This document shows positions 24,720-38,660 of a stretch of DNA of 64,000 bases, piece by piece. The stretch spans positions 129,890,001 through 129,954,000 of the forward strand of contig NC_082707.1 of the NCBI RefSeq assembly GCF_030144855.1, in the 5' to 3' direction. The notes beneath the pieces are model-generated. The model saw only the letters and a program-made list of their open reading frames with translations. It was not told the origin of the DNA and did no database searches. Made by a program: the position numbers and the translations under genes. Positions within the stretch are counted from its first letter, which is position 1, and every line of letters starts with the position of its first letter. Origin of the DNA: Hypanus sabinus. Lineage: Eukaryota.

Positions 24720-26330
24720 TAGCCAGTATAGTCCACACACATTGTCAAATTTGCTGATGGCCTTACAGTTGTGGGGCTCATCAACAATGATGAGACAGCC
24801 TACAGAGATGAGGTAGAAGAACTCAAGGCCTGGTGCCTGGCAAATACCTTCGTCCTCAATATCAACAAGACCAAGGAGATGGTCATTGACTTCTGGACAT
24901 CTCACACTACTCACACCCCTCTTTACATTGACGGCACAGCAGCGGGAACTGCAAGCAAAGAGAGGGCATGAAGTGGATCTAGCAGGCAAATCCCAAGAGT
25001 TACTATAGCCATATTAAAAGAGTGGCTAGGGAGAGAGTATATCTCTTTAGTTATCAGCAGGGCAAAATGAGAAAAATCATGATTGCTCAAAAGATAAGGG
25101 GAACAAGTGGAGATGTTTCAGAGAACACTCATAATACCAGGGAGGAGAGATTTGTAGTCTAATAGCGCATTAGAGTCAATAAACCAAGGTAATCTCAGAT
25201 TTTGCAGGGACTGGAGAAGAACTTGTGATGCCCATGTGGATATATTTGCTCTTACCAAACCTATGGCCGGAACAGGGTAACTGCCCCCACTACTGAAAAC
25301 CTGTGCTAATCAGCTAGCTGGAGTATTCACTGATATCTTTAACCTCTCTCTTCTGCAGACTGTAGTACCCACTGCTTCAATTGCGCCAGTGTCCAAGAAG
25401 AATGTGGTAACCTGCCTCAAACCTGAATGTTTGTATCATTCAGTAGCACTTACACCCACAGTGGTGAAGTGCTTTGAGAAATTGGTGATGGAGCATATCA
25501 TCTCCTGCTGGAAGAGTGACTTGGTACTCCCACTCGATGTTAACAAAACCAGAGAGCTGATTATTGACTACAGGAGGAGGAATCCAATGTCCTCATCAGG
25601 GGATCAGAGGTGGACAGGGTCAACTATTTTAAATTCCTCAACCTTATCCTTTCAGAGGATCTGATCTGGGTCCAGTACGTAAGTGACATTACAAAGACAC
25701 AGCAACATCTCCATTTTCTTAGAAGTTTGCTAAGATTTGGCGCGTCATCTAAAACATTGACTAATTGCCTCATGGCGTGGTATGGAAACACTAATGCCAT
25801 TGAATGGAAAAACCTACAGTAAGTGGTGGATACAGCCCAGTCCATCACAGGTAAAGCTCTCCCATCCATTGAGCACATCTGCAAGGAGCGCTGTTGCAGG
25901 AAAGTAGCATCCGTGAGCCGGCTATGCTCTCTTCTTGCTGGCTACCATTGGGAAAGAGGTGCAGGAGCCTCATGTCCTGCACTGCCAGGCTCAGGAACAG
26001 TTATTTCTCCTTAACCATCGGGCTCTTGAACCAGAGTGGATAACTTCACTCAACCCAACAGAGAACTGATTCCACAATGTATAAACTCACTTTCAAGGAC
26101 TTGACAACTCATGTTCTGTATACTTATTGATTATTTATTTACTATTATATTTTTGTTCTCTTTCTATTTTCAGTTTGTCTTTTGTACATTGGTTGTTTGT
26201 CTTTGCTGTGTGCGATTTTTCATTGGTTCTATTATGTTTTATTGTACTGTGAATGCCTGCAAGAAAATGAACCTCAGGGTAATATATTGTGACAGATATA
26301 TACTTCGATAATGAATTTGAACTTTATTTT
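24720..26330 (+). mobile_element. Rex1/Babar-like LINE fragments (internally deleted)
   Basis: [32 protein letters not shown] motifs and the family 3' tail. Confidence 0.8.
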
Positions 26331-26424
26331 GTTGTTAGCCAGTGGTGAAGTTCCCAGAGGTTGGTAGGTGTCTAATGTTGTTATGTTGTTTAGATAGGCT
26401 AGCAAGAACACACCAGAGAGCCAT

Positions 26425-26660
26425 ATTTATTTATTTATTGAGATACAGCACAGAATAGGCCCTTTGAGTCAGAGTTAATCCGAACCTAATCATGGGACAA
26501 TTTACAAAGATCAATTAACCTACCAACAGGTACGTCTTTGGACTGTGGGAGGAAAGCAGAACACCTAGAGGAAACCCACACTGTCACGGAGAGAACGTAC
26601 AAACTCATTACAGGCAGCAGCAGGATTTTTACCCTGTTCAATTTAGTGCCATTAAAAATT
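26425..26660 (-). mobile_element. SINE remnant (V-SINE-like)
   Basis: (TTTA)n tail on the plus strand; GGACTGTGGGAGGAAA..GGAAACCCAC core. Confidence 0.55.
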
Positions 26661-28493
26661 GTACTTGACATTATATCTAATGAGGTGAGTCAAAGCAACT
26701 GATAGCATTAAGAATACACTGGAATGCTGCAAAGAAGACTGAATATCCTTTTTAATGTTTGTATCATTGGAAGAGCTTTCACATGAACAACAATGGAAGA
26801 AAACAATACTGCCTTTTCACTTGGATAGGTACATGTGGGGCCGGACACAGGACTTTGGGATGAAATAGGTGGGCTCTGTGGTTGCAGTGGACTTTTTGGG
26901 CTGTAGGACCTGTGTTTCTTTATGATTCTAAACAATCCATTTAGGATTTAAGATGTACTGCCCAATGTTCAATAGGACATTGGTTAAAACTTGTACAATC
27001 TTGAAAGGTCACTATCCGAACTCAACTTTTCAGAAAAAAGTGGCATTTAGGTGTTTTCCCACTATGTATGTCAAGAATCTCAGAAGCATCACACCATTTA
27101 ACATGTTGCTTCACAGCTCCAAGAAACTGGATTTGAACCTGGCCTGTCACCATCTGCATGAAATGTACATATTCTTCCTCTGGCTAGGTGTATTCCACTT
27201 ATCACCAGCATGCCCCCAAGTTCCATCCCACCTCTGAAGTGATGCAGATTAATCAGCAACTGTAAATGATGCAAAGGGGAGTTGAGGGGCACCAGAAATG
27301 GAGAGTACGGGAAAATAAAAAGAATGGGTCTGACAGGTTTGACCTATCAGAAGTCACCACAGAACAAGTGAGCTGAATATTCTCCCGTGTCAAAACAAAT
27401 AACTATAATGTCGTGAAGCAACACCATCAATCCTTATATATGCAATGCCCATTAAAAATGTGACCAATATTATAGTGACAACCAAGAAATGTATTACAAT
27501 TGTAGTATGTTTTGCGACAAGGAAGCACAGAATGTAAGAATTTTAAAACATGAAGTACTCCCATTATCAACATGTATGTAGAATCTCTTTTCACATCAAA
27601 ATGTTTTAGCAATTTAGGAAGACACTCATTAGATAGGCTTACTGAACGCTGGCAGATTGTTTTTAAGAGTTCCAATTACAATCTTCTTTTAATTGTTTCT
27701 CCTGCAATAAAGATGCCTTTTTGATTCCTTAGAAGTGGGGTACAAATTTCCAATTTTCATTCTTTGTAACATTCGCCACTAACAGTTCCACAGCCAAAAT
27801 ACCTGCTCTCCACACCTTCCCTCCCCTCAACAAGGAAAAGCTTTTAATAAAAAAAATGCCTACTGACAATTGAATTATCCAATCAAAACAGGTGCATGTT
27901 TTAATTACATATAATTCCATATGAAAACAATACAAGAAAATCCAATTTTCACATTAAAATAATTCTGGCAACATTGGTGAACAGAAGTCATCATTGGCAC
28001 AATTCTGGTTACCTCATATATTTAAATTTATTCATTCAATGTTATCATTGCCTTTGTATGCACCATTACTTTGTCTTACTCACAAGCACCAAGCGACTAA
28101 AACAAAGAACTCTGACAGTCAGCCACTCCACTAATACTGCCTATTGATTAATGCACTCTAGAAAATGAATACACGTTCAAAGGCTGCAATAACTATAGTT
28201 GAGAACTTCAATTGAACAAAAAGGTTTGATCTGCTGTTAGTTTCAATTCACTTGAGAGGAAAGAATTGCTACACTAGGTAATTGATTTCCATGTTTATAG
28301 GTGCCCAGAAGCAAAATGGAAACATACAAAGGAGCTTGACAGTGTATTGGCTCAAGAAAGGAGAGTAAACAGAAATAATCATAGTGTGGGTATCTGCTAA
28401 CTGACCAGCTATCTAGGCTGAAAACAACATTACCTAGATGTATATATGGCCAAAACAAGATTCCAGTGAAGAGTATTTGTCCCCAAAATGGAC

Positions 28494-28648
28494 NNNNNNN
28501 NNNNNNNNNNNNNNNNNNNNNNNNNNNNNNNNNNNNNNNNNNNNNNNNNNNNNNNNNNNNNNNNNNNNNNNNNNNNNNNNNNNNNNNNNNNNNNNNNNNN
28601 NNNNNNNNNNNNNNNNNNNNNNNNNNNNNNNNNNNNNNNNNNNNNNNN
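28494..28648. other. Assembly gap (155 N)
   Basis: Run of N. Confidence 1.
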
Positions 28649-28673
28649 ATTCGATCAACAAAGAAGTTTGGAG

Positions 28674-28850
28674 GCAACACGAGTGAATCTGCAGATGCTG
28701 GAAATAAATAAAAACACAAAATGCTGGCAGAGCTCAGCAGGCCAGACAGCATCTATGGGAGGATGAGGGGTTTTGACCTGAAATGTTGTCACTACCTCCT
28801 CCCATAGATGCTGTCTGGCCTGCTGAGTTCTGCCAGCATTTTGTGTTTTT
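28674..28850. mobile_element. Young Penelope-derived hairpin insertion with a perfect 14-bp TSD
   Basis: TSD AAAGAAGTTTGGAG at 28660-28673 and 28851-28864; 54-bp inverted arms 28710-28763 / 28797-28850 with one mismatch. Confidence 0.88.
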
Positions 28851-29299
28851 AAAGAAGTTTGGAGTTGTATAAAATGATTATTAATTTTGAAATTATCACT
28901 TTAAACCTAACCTGTGTTACAATCTTTAGAAACAAAGGAAGAAAAGATCAATTGTGGTGAAATAAAACTAAATTGGTCACCATGAAGATAAAATGCAACA
29001 AACAACTACAATCAACGGCTTTCAAGTCTTCGTGCAAAGGTGAATTTAATCTCTACATTACTGGATGGTATTGATGAAATACTTATTGACAGCACTGCTT
29101 TAACAGAATGCTTAATGAAGTAATTATGAACAAAAAATATTCCAACAGTAATGTAATTAGTAGCTCATAATAAGAATTTCAGATGTTCTTGGATTGCACT
29201 CTGTACAGTTTTTTTTGCATGAAATACTGAAGAATTTCTTAGATCAGTAACACTTAAAAGTTTATAAAAAGGATCTTCTTAAATCTGTAGCTCATTTCA

Positions 29300-29866
29300 T
29301 CATAAATGTAAATGCAAGAACTCTTGAATCTTTTGCCAGGAATCTTCTTGGGCGTAGCAGTGCTGTATTGGTTCTCCTCCTGTCAGTACTGGATGCCCAA
29401 GGAAGCGGTCAATCACCGCAAAACAATATGGAGAACATGGAGGTTCAATATGATGCCCAGTTCCTGGGTAACTCAGGAGTTTGTAGTTATTTTTCCCATG
29501 TGTATTCAGTCTTTTTATCGCTTCCTCAGCGAAGAATTTGCTGTTCAATATCTTGTCATCTTCTCCTACCACAAACAGGATGTGTCCTTCAGCTTTTTCT
29601 AATGGGATGATGCTCTTTTGATTTTCATTGGGGTCATTAAATGTACCAGACAGATCTAGAACTCCTGAGTCCAAACGAATGATTTCATCTAAATTGTGAG
29701 TCACACAGGAGAGATACACATCTTTGTAATGCAGATCAGTTAAAGTGTTTGCATTGCAGCCAGAGATACAAACAGATGCCATCACTTTTGGTATAAACGT
29801 GATCATTGATAGAGCCAAATCCGCACCTTTCGAAGAACCTATTACTCCAATACCAGAGCCTTTCAC
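29300..29866 (-). CDS. Gene A exon 3 (catalytic alpha/beta-hydrolase portion); spliced protein 444 aa
   Basis: Acceptor TTTTTGTAG|GTG. Nucleophile elbow GSSKG, Asp motif GEDDK, His motif GTGHHIEPP. TGA at 29300. Ends ..HLHL with no PTS1. Confidence 0.95.
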   Translation of the reverse strand: MKGSGIGVIGSSKGADLALSMITFIPKVMASVCISGCNANTLTDLHYKDVYLSCVTHNLDEIIRLDSGVLDLSGTFNDPNENQKSIIPLEKAEGHILFVVGEDDKILNSKFFAEEAIKRLNTHGKNNYKLLSYPGTGHHIEPPCSPYCFAVIDRFLGHPVLTGGEPIQHCYAQEDSWQKIQEFLHLHL

Positions 29867-30394
29867 CTACAAAAATTCAAAATCCATTATAGAAGCTTGC
29901 TCTAAATAACATAAATCTTGGTATACATACAAACTAATCCAGAAAAATGCATAAATGTTCACAACAGTGCAATCTATATTGTTCAATAAGTGACTAATAC
30001 AGTATTTTAATCCTACATCAAACTTTCCCACACACAAGGCAGAAAGTAACTTTCAAAGATGTCAAAGTCATGCACTACAACACTCACCATTCATTATCAG
30101 TGTCAGATGTGACAATTTTATTTATTATATGAGATAATACCTGAAGGAAGTCCCAAGAGATATGTATCTGAAGGAGGATCATTTGATGTAATATAAGTTA
30201 ATGTGGTAAAGTGGTATGATATTACATACCTGTGCATTATGCTACAGACTGGTGATGTCAAGAGTGCATACCAACTAAGTAACAGAGAAAATTAGATCCT
30301 ACATGTGAGGTGGTAATAAGCAGCAGAACCACAAAGAAATAAGATGCTGTCCTGGAGTATATCAAAATAAGGTCATTAAACTTATCCAACCTAA

Positions 30395-31076
30395 CCAAAA
30401 AGTGGATTATTGACTATAGGCGAAAGAAATTGAGTGTCTATGAGCCAGTGCTCATTAGGGGATTGGACATGGAGAGGGTCAATAATTTTAATCACTTGGA
30501 GTGTATCCTAACCGGATGCATTACAGTCTGGTATGGACACACCAATGCTCAGGAATGGAAAAGCCTACTAAAATGATGGTGACAGACCCACACAGCATAG
30601 GAAAAACCCTCCCATCTACAAGGAGCAGTGCCACGAGAAAGCAACATCCATCATCAAGGATCCCCACCCTCCAGACCATGCTCTCTTCTCGCTACTATCA
30701 TCAGGATGTTACTTACAGGAGCCTTAGGTCTCATACCACCAGGTTCAGGAACAGTTATAATCCTTCAACCATTGGGCTTCTGAACCAATGTGGGCATCTT
30801 CGCTCACCACAACTGAACTGATCACTGAACACAACTTTTGGACTCACTTTCAAGGGCTCCATGACTCATGCTCTCAGTTTGCAATTTATTTATTTACTTA
30901 CTTATTTTTGTTTCTTTTTGTATTTACACAATTTGCCAGTCTTTATGTGTAGTTTTCCATTTATTCTATTGCACTTGTCTGCTCTATAAAGATTCTTGCA
31001 AAAATGAATCTCAGAAAAGTATTTGACAACATATATAGATATAGACAATAAATTTTTACTTTGAACTTTGAACCAT
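30395..31076 (+). mobile_element. Rex1/Babar-like LINE 3' fragment (gene A intron 2)
   Basis: YRSLRSHTTRFRNSY motif and (TTTGAAC)n tail. Confidence 0.7.
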
Positions 31077-31689
31077 AAAGACTGAATAGTGGGTAAACTG
31101 ATGCTGGTATTTTCAATACATAGTTTTCCTTGAAGCAGAGAAGGTTGTGAGGGTATCTGATACAGCTTATAAATTTGAGAAGCATAGTTACTCAGAATTT
31201 TTTCCCCATGCCACAATATTTGGATGAGTACTTTGCAAAGTGGGCTAAAACCAAGTGTTGGTAAATAGAATGAATACTTTATGGCTCACATAGACATGTG
31301 GGCTGAAAGGGCGGGTTCTGTGATGTGTGACTCTAAGAATGGTAGAAAATGCTGGAAAATTTTAAAACTAATAAAGGGGCATACAATGATAACTTATTAA
31401 ACTGTTTGTTGCTGATTTGAAGATAAAGTCAGGGAAGATGCAGTGGATATAATTATTGCCTTCTTGGAAAACATTGTGTCCTCATACGTGACTATTTTAA
31501 AAGAACTGCATTTGATATCCTGATGTCTGAGACACGGAGGGACAATTCTAAATTTCCTGAGTCTGTGTTATAACATTATACTTAAAAGCCAAAGACTGAT
31601 CCACACTTGAGACTTGCATGATGCTGGGCCATCACAAGTCTAATTGAGGAAATTTACTCTGGAAATACTCAATAACTTTACAATAAGAG

Positions 31690-33390
31690 GAGCAGGAGTA
31701 TGCCACCACGCCTCTTAAGAGTGTTCCACCATTCAACAGGGCCATAGCTCAGCCTTAACCTCTATGCAAGTTCCCCACAGCCCAGAATTTCCTGACTTTT
31801 CTAGTCTCTATGACCTCCTGGAATTGAGAATTCCAAGAGATTTAGCATCCTCTGTGGTACGAGATTATGACAAACATTTGTTTTAAATGACGTCCCCTTA
31901 TCTTGTAATAGTGTCTCCTTGGCTTTCTGAATCATGGAAACTTCTATCCTCTCCTGCCTTCTTCGGATCTTAGGTTCTAATTTCATCAATAATTCATGAT
32001 CCTCAATTAGTTTTAGATTGCCTCACGTACTAGTACATCCTTTCTTAAGGGGGATAAAACTATGTAGAGTACTTAATGAGCTGACCAACACCCTGTGTCA
32101 TTGTTATAATAGTTCCCCATTTCTAAACTTTAATCCTATTTCTAAACTCCAACCCTCCTGTAATAAAGGTACATGTGAAATTTCCCTTCCTAAATAATTG
32201 CTGTATCTGACTATCATCCTTATGATTCAGGCAGAACATCTAGATCCCTTTGCATTTCACTCATTTGCAATTTCTCTCCATTTGGATGGTGGTCTACCTT
32301 TTGATTCCTCTTTACTAAAGTGAATAACCTCAGACTCTCCCCACATTAAACTCCAGTTTCTGAGACAGAGTCATACAGCACTACAGCACAGAAGCAGGCC
32401 TTTCAGGCCATCTACTAACATTCTGTAAAGGCCCATTGACCATAGCCCTCCACACCCCTTCCATCCATGTACTTATCCAAATTTCTCATAAATATTGAAA
32501 TTGAACCTGCAACCTCCACTTCTGCTGTGTTCACCCACTTGTTATTTTGTGGCAGAATGCAAAAATCTTCACTACAACACAGCCTCTCATCTATTTCTGG
32601 TGTTATTGGCAACAATTGATACCTTACACTCTGCTTTTTCCTCTGGATCATTAATGCAATTAGCAAGTTATTGAAATTCAAGAACTAGTCTTGGGAAGAT
32701 CTCAGACACAAGACCACAAGGCACAGGAACAGAACTAGGCCATTCATGCTCTGCCATATGATTATGGCTAAATGAATTACCCCCTCAACCCCAGTATCTT
32801 ACTTTCTCCCTGTAACCTTTGAAGCTCTTAATACTCAACCTCCACTTTAAAGATATACAATGAACTAGGCCTCCACAGCCATTTCTGGCAATGAATTCCA
32901 GATTCTCCAATGGACAGATACTTAACAGCATAGTGTGAAACAGATAATGTAGCTCATAGACACCAAAGCACTGGCATAAATCCAATTAAGAAATTGATTT
33001 TGATACAATTAACTACTCATACCACTGGATACAATTCAATGTTGGAGATTAAAAGGAGATATTAGGTTGACAAGCTGGGATGAAAATGAGATTAAAAGTC
33101 CACAAGCTTATTCCCAGAATGCTCACAAGATGCAGCAGCAGAATTAGACCATTCAGCCCATTGAGTCTGGTCTGCCATTCAATCATGGCTAATCTTTTTC
33201 TCAATCCCATTCTCCTGTCTTCTCTTAGTAACACTTAACTCCCTTGCATGTCAAGAACCTATCAATCTTTGCTTTAAATACAACAACAATGGCTTCCATG
33301 GGCCTCTTTAGCAGCAGAGTGCATAGGTTCACCACCTTCTGGCTGAAGAAATTTCCGCTCATCTCAGTCCTAAAGGATATATCTTTATTC
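31690..33390 (-). mobile_element. Cluster of short CR1 3' fragments
   Basis: Several antisense CR1 tails (AGAATTAGACCATTCAGCCCATTGAGTCTG; CACAAGACCACAAG; CAGGCCTTTCAGGCC). Confidence 0.6.
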
Positions 33391-33689
33391 CAAGAATGTT
33401 GGAGAGGAGATGGGTTTGTAAACTCAGATGGTCGTCAGAGGAAATATGGCTACAAGAAAAAATCTGTTGAGTAGAAATGACCTTCAGAAGAATGTGATAT
33501 TGATTAAATCATATGGATGTTTCATTGACCAAGGTACGGGTGTCATATTGGGTTGGCCAAGAAAAATCTCATCATGCTGTGTTATCTTTGAATTGAAAGA
33601 CAGGGGTTACCTGTAATTATGCTTACTGTATCATTGTGATTAAATAAGGGTCTCAATAAATAGCTGAGACAATAATAGACCCATCTTAC

Positions 33690-33892
33690 CTTAGGATGCT
33701 TCCATAAATATTCTGCAGCCTCTTCAAAATATTCTAGATGAAAATCTACCAGGGTCTTTGGTAGATCCTCAAACCCAAAGTAGGGAAGAGCAAGGGCAGC
33801 AAAGCCTCGACTTGCAAGAAGACAGGCACGGAATTCAGTCAAACCGCCTTCATCGCCGAACAGGTCTATCACTCCAGGAAAAGGACCATCCC
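33690..33892 (-). CDS. Gene A exon 2 (203 nt)
   Basis: Acceptor TCCTTCAG|GG, donor AAG|GTAAGA. Encodes [47 protein letters not shown], in frame with exons 1 and 3. Confidence 0.95.
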
Positions 33893-35034
33893 CTGAAGGA
33901 ACAAGAAGAACAAAATTGCTTATTAGAAGAATCATCTACCCATTTGTTTTGGAATGCAGCCACAAATTTTGCCCTGAATTATAACATCACAGCTATTCAG
34001 TACCGGATTTTAAAAATTGCAGCTCTTAAAAAAAATTGTGCAGACATCAATATTAATTAAAATTAAAGTCTGGTATTTGTTACAAGTACGTCACAGGAAG
34101 ATAAAATTCTGATGACGGTTTCAAATTGATGCTCATGGTGCTGAATTTGGAGTGTCTGGGTACCATCAGCATGCCATTTTTTAACCTTTCATATTCATGT
34201 GAAATCAGTGGATCCATTAAATATGCCTCCACTCTTTTTTTTAACCTCTTTATGTGGAAAGATATTTCACACTCTACAATTCCAAAATTATTCTTCTACA
34301 GGTGGTCAAAGAGCATTCTCAAGTCCATAGCGAATTATGATCTATTGATTAGGCTCGAGGTACATCAGTGTTCCCCAGAACCAACAATACACTAGTGTCT
34401 GGACAAATCAAATAAGGATATGCAGCAGATATTCAAAATTTTTTCAATATTATCGAAAACCTGAGCTCAAAAACCTGTTATATAGGAATAGAGTCCAGAT
34501 GTTGTTTTTAAATTGTAGTTTTCTTTGTAGTTTTAGCTTTCTTTATACTTGCTTATGTGTTTGTATAATCACCCATATGTCTGCAGTTTCTTTGCAAAGC
34601 TGGAGTATGACTCAATTAGTACTTGTTAACAGATCTCTTATCTAATTTAGTTCAGACTGGTAGTTCAGGGCAAAAAGAAAGCAAGTGCCCAAGTTCCTTT
34701 ATTGCCTTGCTTGCTAGTACAGATTGACTATATTTGACCTGTACTACGGTGAACATCTTATAAAACACCCGTAACACCGTGATCTGCACTTCATTCTTGA
34801 CTTCTGAAGAGCTTTCTGGAAAACATCATCTCCACATCTAACAGCTACTTCTCCCAATTATCAGCAAAGCAACAGGATTTGTGACAGTGACAGCCACCAC
34901 GACTAAGTATCTTGCTGACATTCAGTAAGGGCAGTTTCTGATCTCATCTCAGTCTTACTTCTGACAAGGTAGAGGCAGGGTTGTACTGAGCTCAGCACTG
35001 TAACTCCAAGCAAAACAAGTAAATGGGGTAAGAA

Positions 35035-35450
35035 GATGGGAATGCAGATGCTGGCATCTCAAGCAGCAAATAAAGTTCTGGAGGAACTCAGTGGGTCATG
35101 CAGCAACTGTAGAGAAATGGACATTTGGCTTTTTAGGTTGAGACCCTTCATCTCGACCGGAACATAGCAAAGAGATGGCAGGTATTAAGAGATGAAAAGA
35201 AGGGGTGAAGCAAAAGCTGTAAGTAGTAGGTGTGGTGATAGGCAGATACAGGAGGGAAGAGTAGAGATAAGAAATGAAGCTATAAGGTGATAGGTGGGGG
35301 GGGGGGTATCAAAAGGATGATAGAATGTGATAGGAAAGGTTGGTTAAACATGAAATGAAATAATGGAAGTCAGGTGGCAGATAGGAACAATAGGGAGAGA
35401 GGACCCAGCAGAAGGGGCATGTGTGATGGAGCAGGGTGTTTGATCTGGAG
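35035..35450 (-). repeat. Penelope pseudo-LTR fragment
   Basis: GCAGATGCTGG..GGAGGAACTCAG..GAGACCCTTCATC followed by a purine-rich tract. Confidence 0.6.
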
Positions 35451-36979
35451 ATGAAGTTGTTCAAAAGGTACTCTGGAAGTCAACAACATTGCACAAATCT
35501 TAGTTATAGCCATTTTATTAGATGTTAAGCATAGTACAGGTCACTGAGTCAGCCAATACCAGCAAGCGGTAAGAAATAGAAAGCAACAGCAGAACCTAAG
35601 CACACAATTTCCTTTTATACTGCAAACTGATGGAAACCAGTCAAGATAACAAGTGCTGAATGAATCACGCTTCAGCTTTGCAGACAAAGAAACCAATTAT
35701 AGAACCAAATATACAAGTTACTAAATGTGATTATACACATATTAGGAAGCATAAAGAAAGCTAAAACTACAAGGAAAAACACCAATAAAAACAATTGGAT
35801 CCTAGTCCAACAGTCCTCACCTTGATTCAAATTACAACATTTTGAACCATGACATTTGAAGATTCAGAGGCAGGAAAATGTGCTAGAAGTGGTGAATATT
35901 CGACGTAATCAACCTTGAGTTTTCAAACATTGGGGTTACTTAAACCGTGATGTCATAAACAAGTGGGCTGTCCTTATGTGTGGGGAAGCTCACTTGAGAT
36001 TGAGCAGATTGATTTACTAATGATGCCCTTATATCAGTAATTAAAATATAAACTATGATAAAGCACACCGAGGTAAGCACTAAACTTCAAACATCCAATA
36101 ACCCCAGCTCCTTAGGGGTAATTTGATCCAGCTGAAGAAATTCTACTCAGTGGTTTGTACTCATCTTGATTGCTTCTTTGTGATCAACCAAGTCAGATAT
36201 GTTTTCAGACTCATTAGGTAAATAGGTACAATACTCTTTGCCTATAGCTGCACCTTTTCCCCACCACCATCCTTAACGGTTAAGATCTAATGTTACACAA
36301 CTTTGGAGGACCATTTTTCGCACTGCAAATCATTTCTACTGCTACTTTCTATAAGACACCAACAATGTCATTGCCTACATTTTCTAGAAACTTTTAATTC
36401 ACATCTCAGATCTTGTAAAACTATACACTGGAAATGGAATTCTCCCTCAGCACAGGTGCAGCACAAAGCTGTGTTCCCAGCCCCTTGCTCTAGTCACTTT
36501 ATACTAAACACAACTCCAATACCATAGTTAAGTTTGTCGATGACACCGCTGTCATTGACTGAACCAAGTGTAGTGACAAATCAGCATATAGGAGACTGAA
36601 AATCTGGCAGAGACAACAACCACCTCTCGCTCAATATCAGTAAGACCAAGGAGATGATTATTGACTTCAGGAGGAGGCTAGTGTGAATCCACTTTTTCCT
36701 TTGCTTTTACTGCTGAATTAGTAATTATCAGCACCTGATAAGGTCCTTCCCACTGAGTGCCCAAATAGCTCCTTATCTGCTTTCTTGATTCAGGATCCAC
36801 TCACTATGAATCAGGGTGCATCCTTCTGGTAGATCATTCCAGGTGGCAGAAACCTTTGGAGAAGCAGACTGAACAGCCTGGGTTACTTTCACACGATAGT
36901 CAACTAGGCTGTCTGTCATGATGTGTCTATATGCGTTCTGAGGGCAAGAGCTCTGGGTAATAACGCAGCTCGTCCACCT

Positions 36980-37850
36980 AGGCTTAGTCTGGTCTTTTTA
37001 TTTGGAGTTTCTCTGATGCTGCACAAGACCATGGGAAGGGCCAGCAGCTATCTTGACTATACCTCTTCCCACCCACTCTCCTGTAAGAATGTTATTCCCT
37101 TTCCTCAGTCCCTTTGACTCCGCCGCATCTGTTCCTAGGATAAGACTTTCCTTTCCAGAACATCAGGAATGTCCTCCTCCTTCAAAGAATGGGGTTTCCC
37201 TTACTCCATCATTGATGCTTCCTTCACCCTGCTTCTTTTCCCAGATATCTGAGCTCACCCCATCTTCCCGTTGCCTCGACAGGGATAGAGTTCCTCTTGT
37301 CCTCACCTACCACTCATGAGCCTCCACATTCGACACATCATTCTCAACTTCTGCCAACTTCAACAAGATCTTACCACAAACCACATCTTCACCTCCACCC
37401 CTCATTCTCTGAAGGGATCACTCCCTCTGTGATTCCCTTGACCATTTGTCCCTCCCCAATGATCTCCATCTTGGCACATACCCCTGCAAACAACCGAAAT
37501 GTTACACCTGTCTATTTACCTCCTCCTTGACCGCCATTCAAGGGCCCAAACAGTTCTTTCATGTGAGGCAACACTTCAGCCACAAACCTGTTGGGGTTGC
37601 CTAATTTGTTCAGTGCTCCCAATGCAGCCTCCTCTACATTGTTGAAACCTGACGTGAATTTGATGATGGTTTTGTCAAGCACCACTGTTCTGTCTGCCAG
37701 GAGCAGAGTTTTTTGTTGTACAACCATTTTAATTCCTATGCCCATTCCCATTCCAACATTTCAGTACATGGCCTCTTGCCACTATGAGGCCATTCTCAGC
37801 GTTGGCTCCAACCTGATGGCGTGAACATCAATTTCTCCTTTTGGTACCAA
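36980..37850 (+). mobile_element. Penelope-like element, RT C-terminus plus GIY-YIG endonuclease remnant
   Basis: SYLDYTSSHP..CKNVIPF, DRDRVPLVLTYH and CYTC motifs; homologous to 54720-54820 plus 56576-57700. Confidence 0.8.
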
Positions 37851-38104
37851 ATTATTGTAATAACTGATTTGGTTTTGCAACATCCTCCAAATTCGCCATC
37901 TTCACCTGATCTGAAGCCACAACTGACTCCAGACCACAAACCAGCTCAACTTTGAAATGTCTTCAGTTTGGGCAGACATAAATACCATTATTGCCAGAAG
38001 AATCCACAGCTTTTAAAACTGCGGAAAACATGAGACACAATGTAATAAAGAGCTTGCTATCACACTAATTTGATTACTCATTGGTTTCAGTGACTATTTA
38101 TGAA

Positions 38105-38660
38105 GGGCTCTCTGTTGATTGGTGTCAACCATAGATGCTGCATCCCAGCTGAGTATGTATTGCACAAGCCAGGGCAGTACAATATGGTGAGCCCACGTAG
38201 CAGATTCTTCCACGCAAAGGAAGAGCGGAGATCGATATAGCTTGGCATCAGTGGAGTTGCCAATCAGCACTGAACTCAATGTAGGACTGCCTCAGGGAAC
38301 TCAGCTCCGGAGTTTTCCTTGAGGTTTACTCCAAAAGCCTTTCCCATGAGTGGATATAGCTGCAAGATAGCAGAGGTTTGAGACCAGAGTTTTCCTTCTC
38401 CTAGATGAGTTGCCAACTACGACTGGTGAGCCTCATCTGCCCAAAGGTGCTGGGTTTAAGGTGCCAGTAACCCGCCCATGCCCCTTTTCCCGATAGTAGA
38501 AACAGTTCCGCTGAGTTTAGTAACTAAGCCACACGCGAATGCCAGGAGCTGGACTTAGTTGTTAGTGGCTATTTGAGACACACTCTATTGGGTGCATTTA
38601 ATAGGTAGTGGGAGCTTACCCACACTACCACGCAAGGCTATGACGACCTTGAGGAACCTG
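38105..38660. repeat. Unclassified interspersed repeat (possibly RTE-associated)
   Basis: Shares GGCAGTAC(A/G)ATATG..GCCCA(C/T)GTAGCAG..GATA(T/C)AG(C/T)TTG(G/A)CATCAG with 11898-12020. Confidence 0.45.

Noticed and set aside
28243-28766. ORFs spanning the N run
   Set aside because: Artefacts of translating through the assembly gap.
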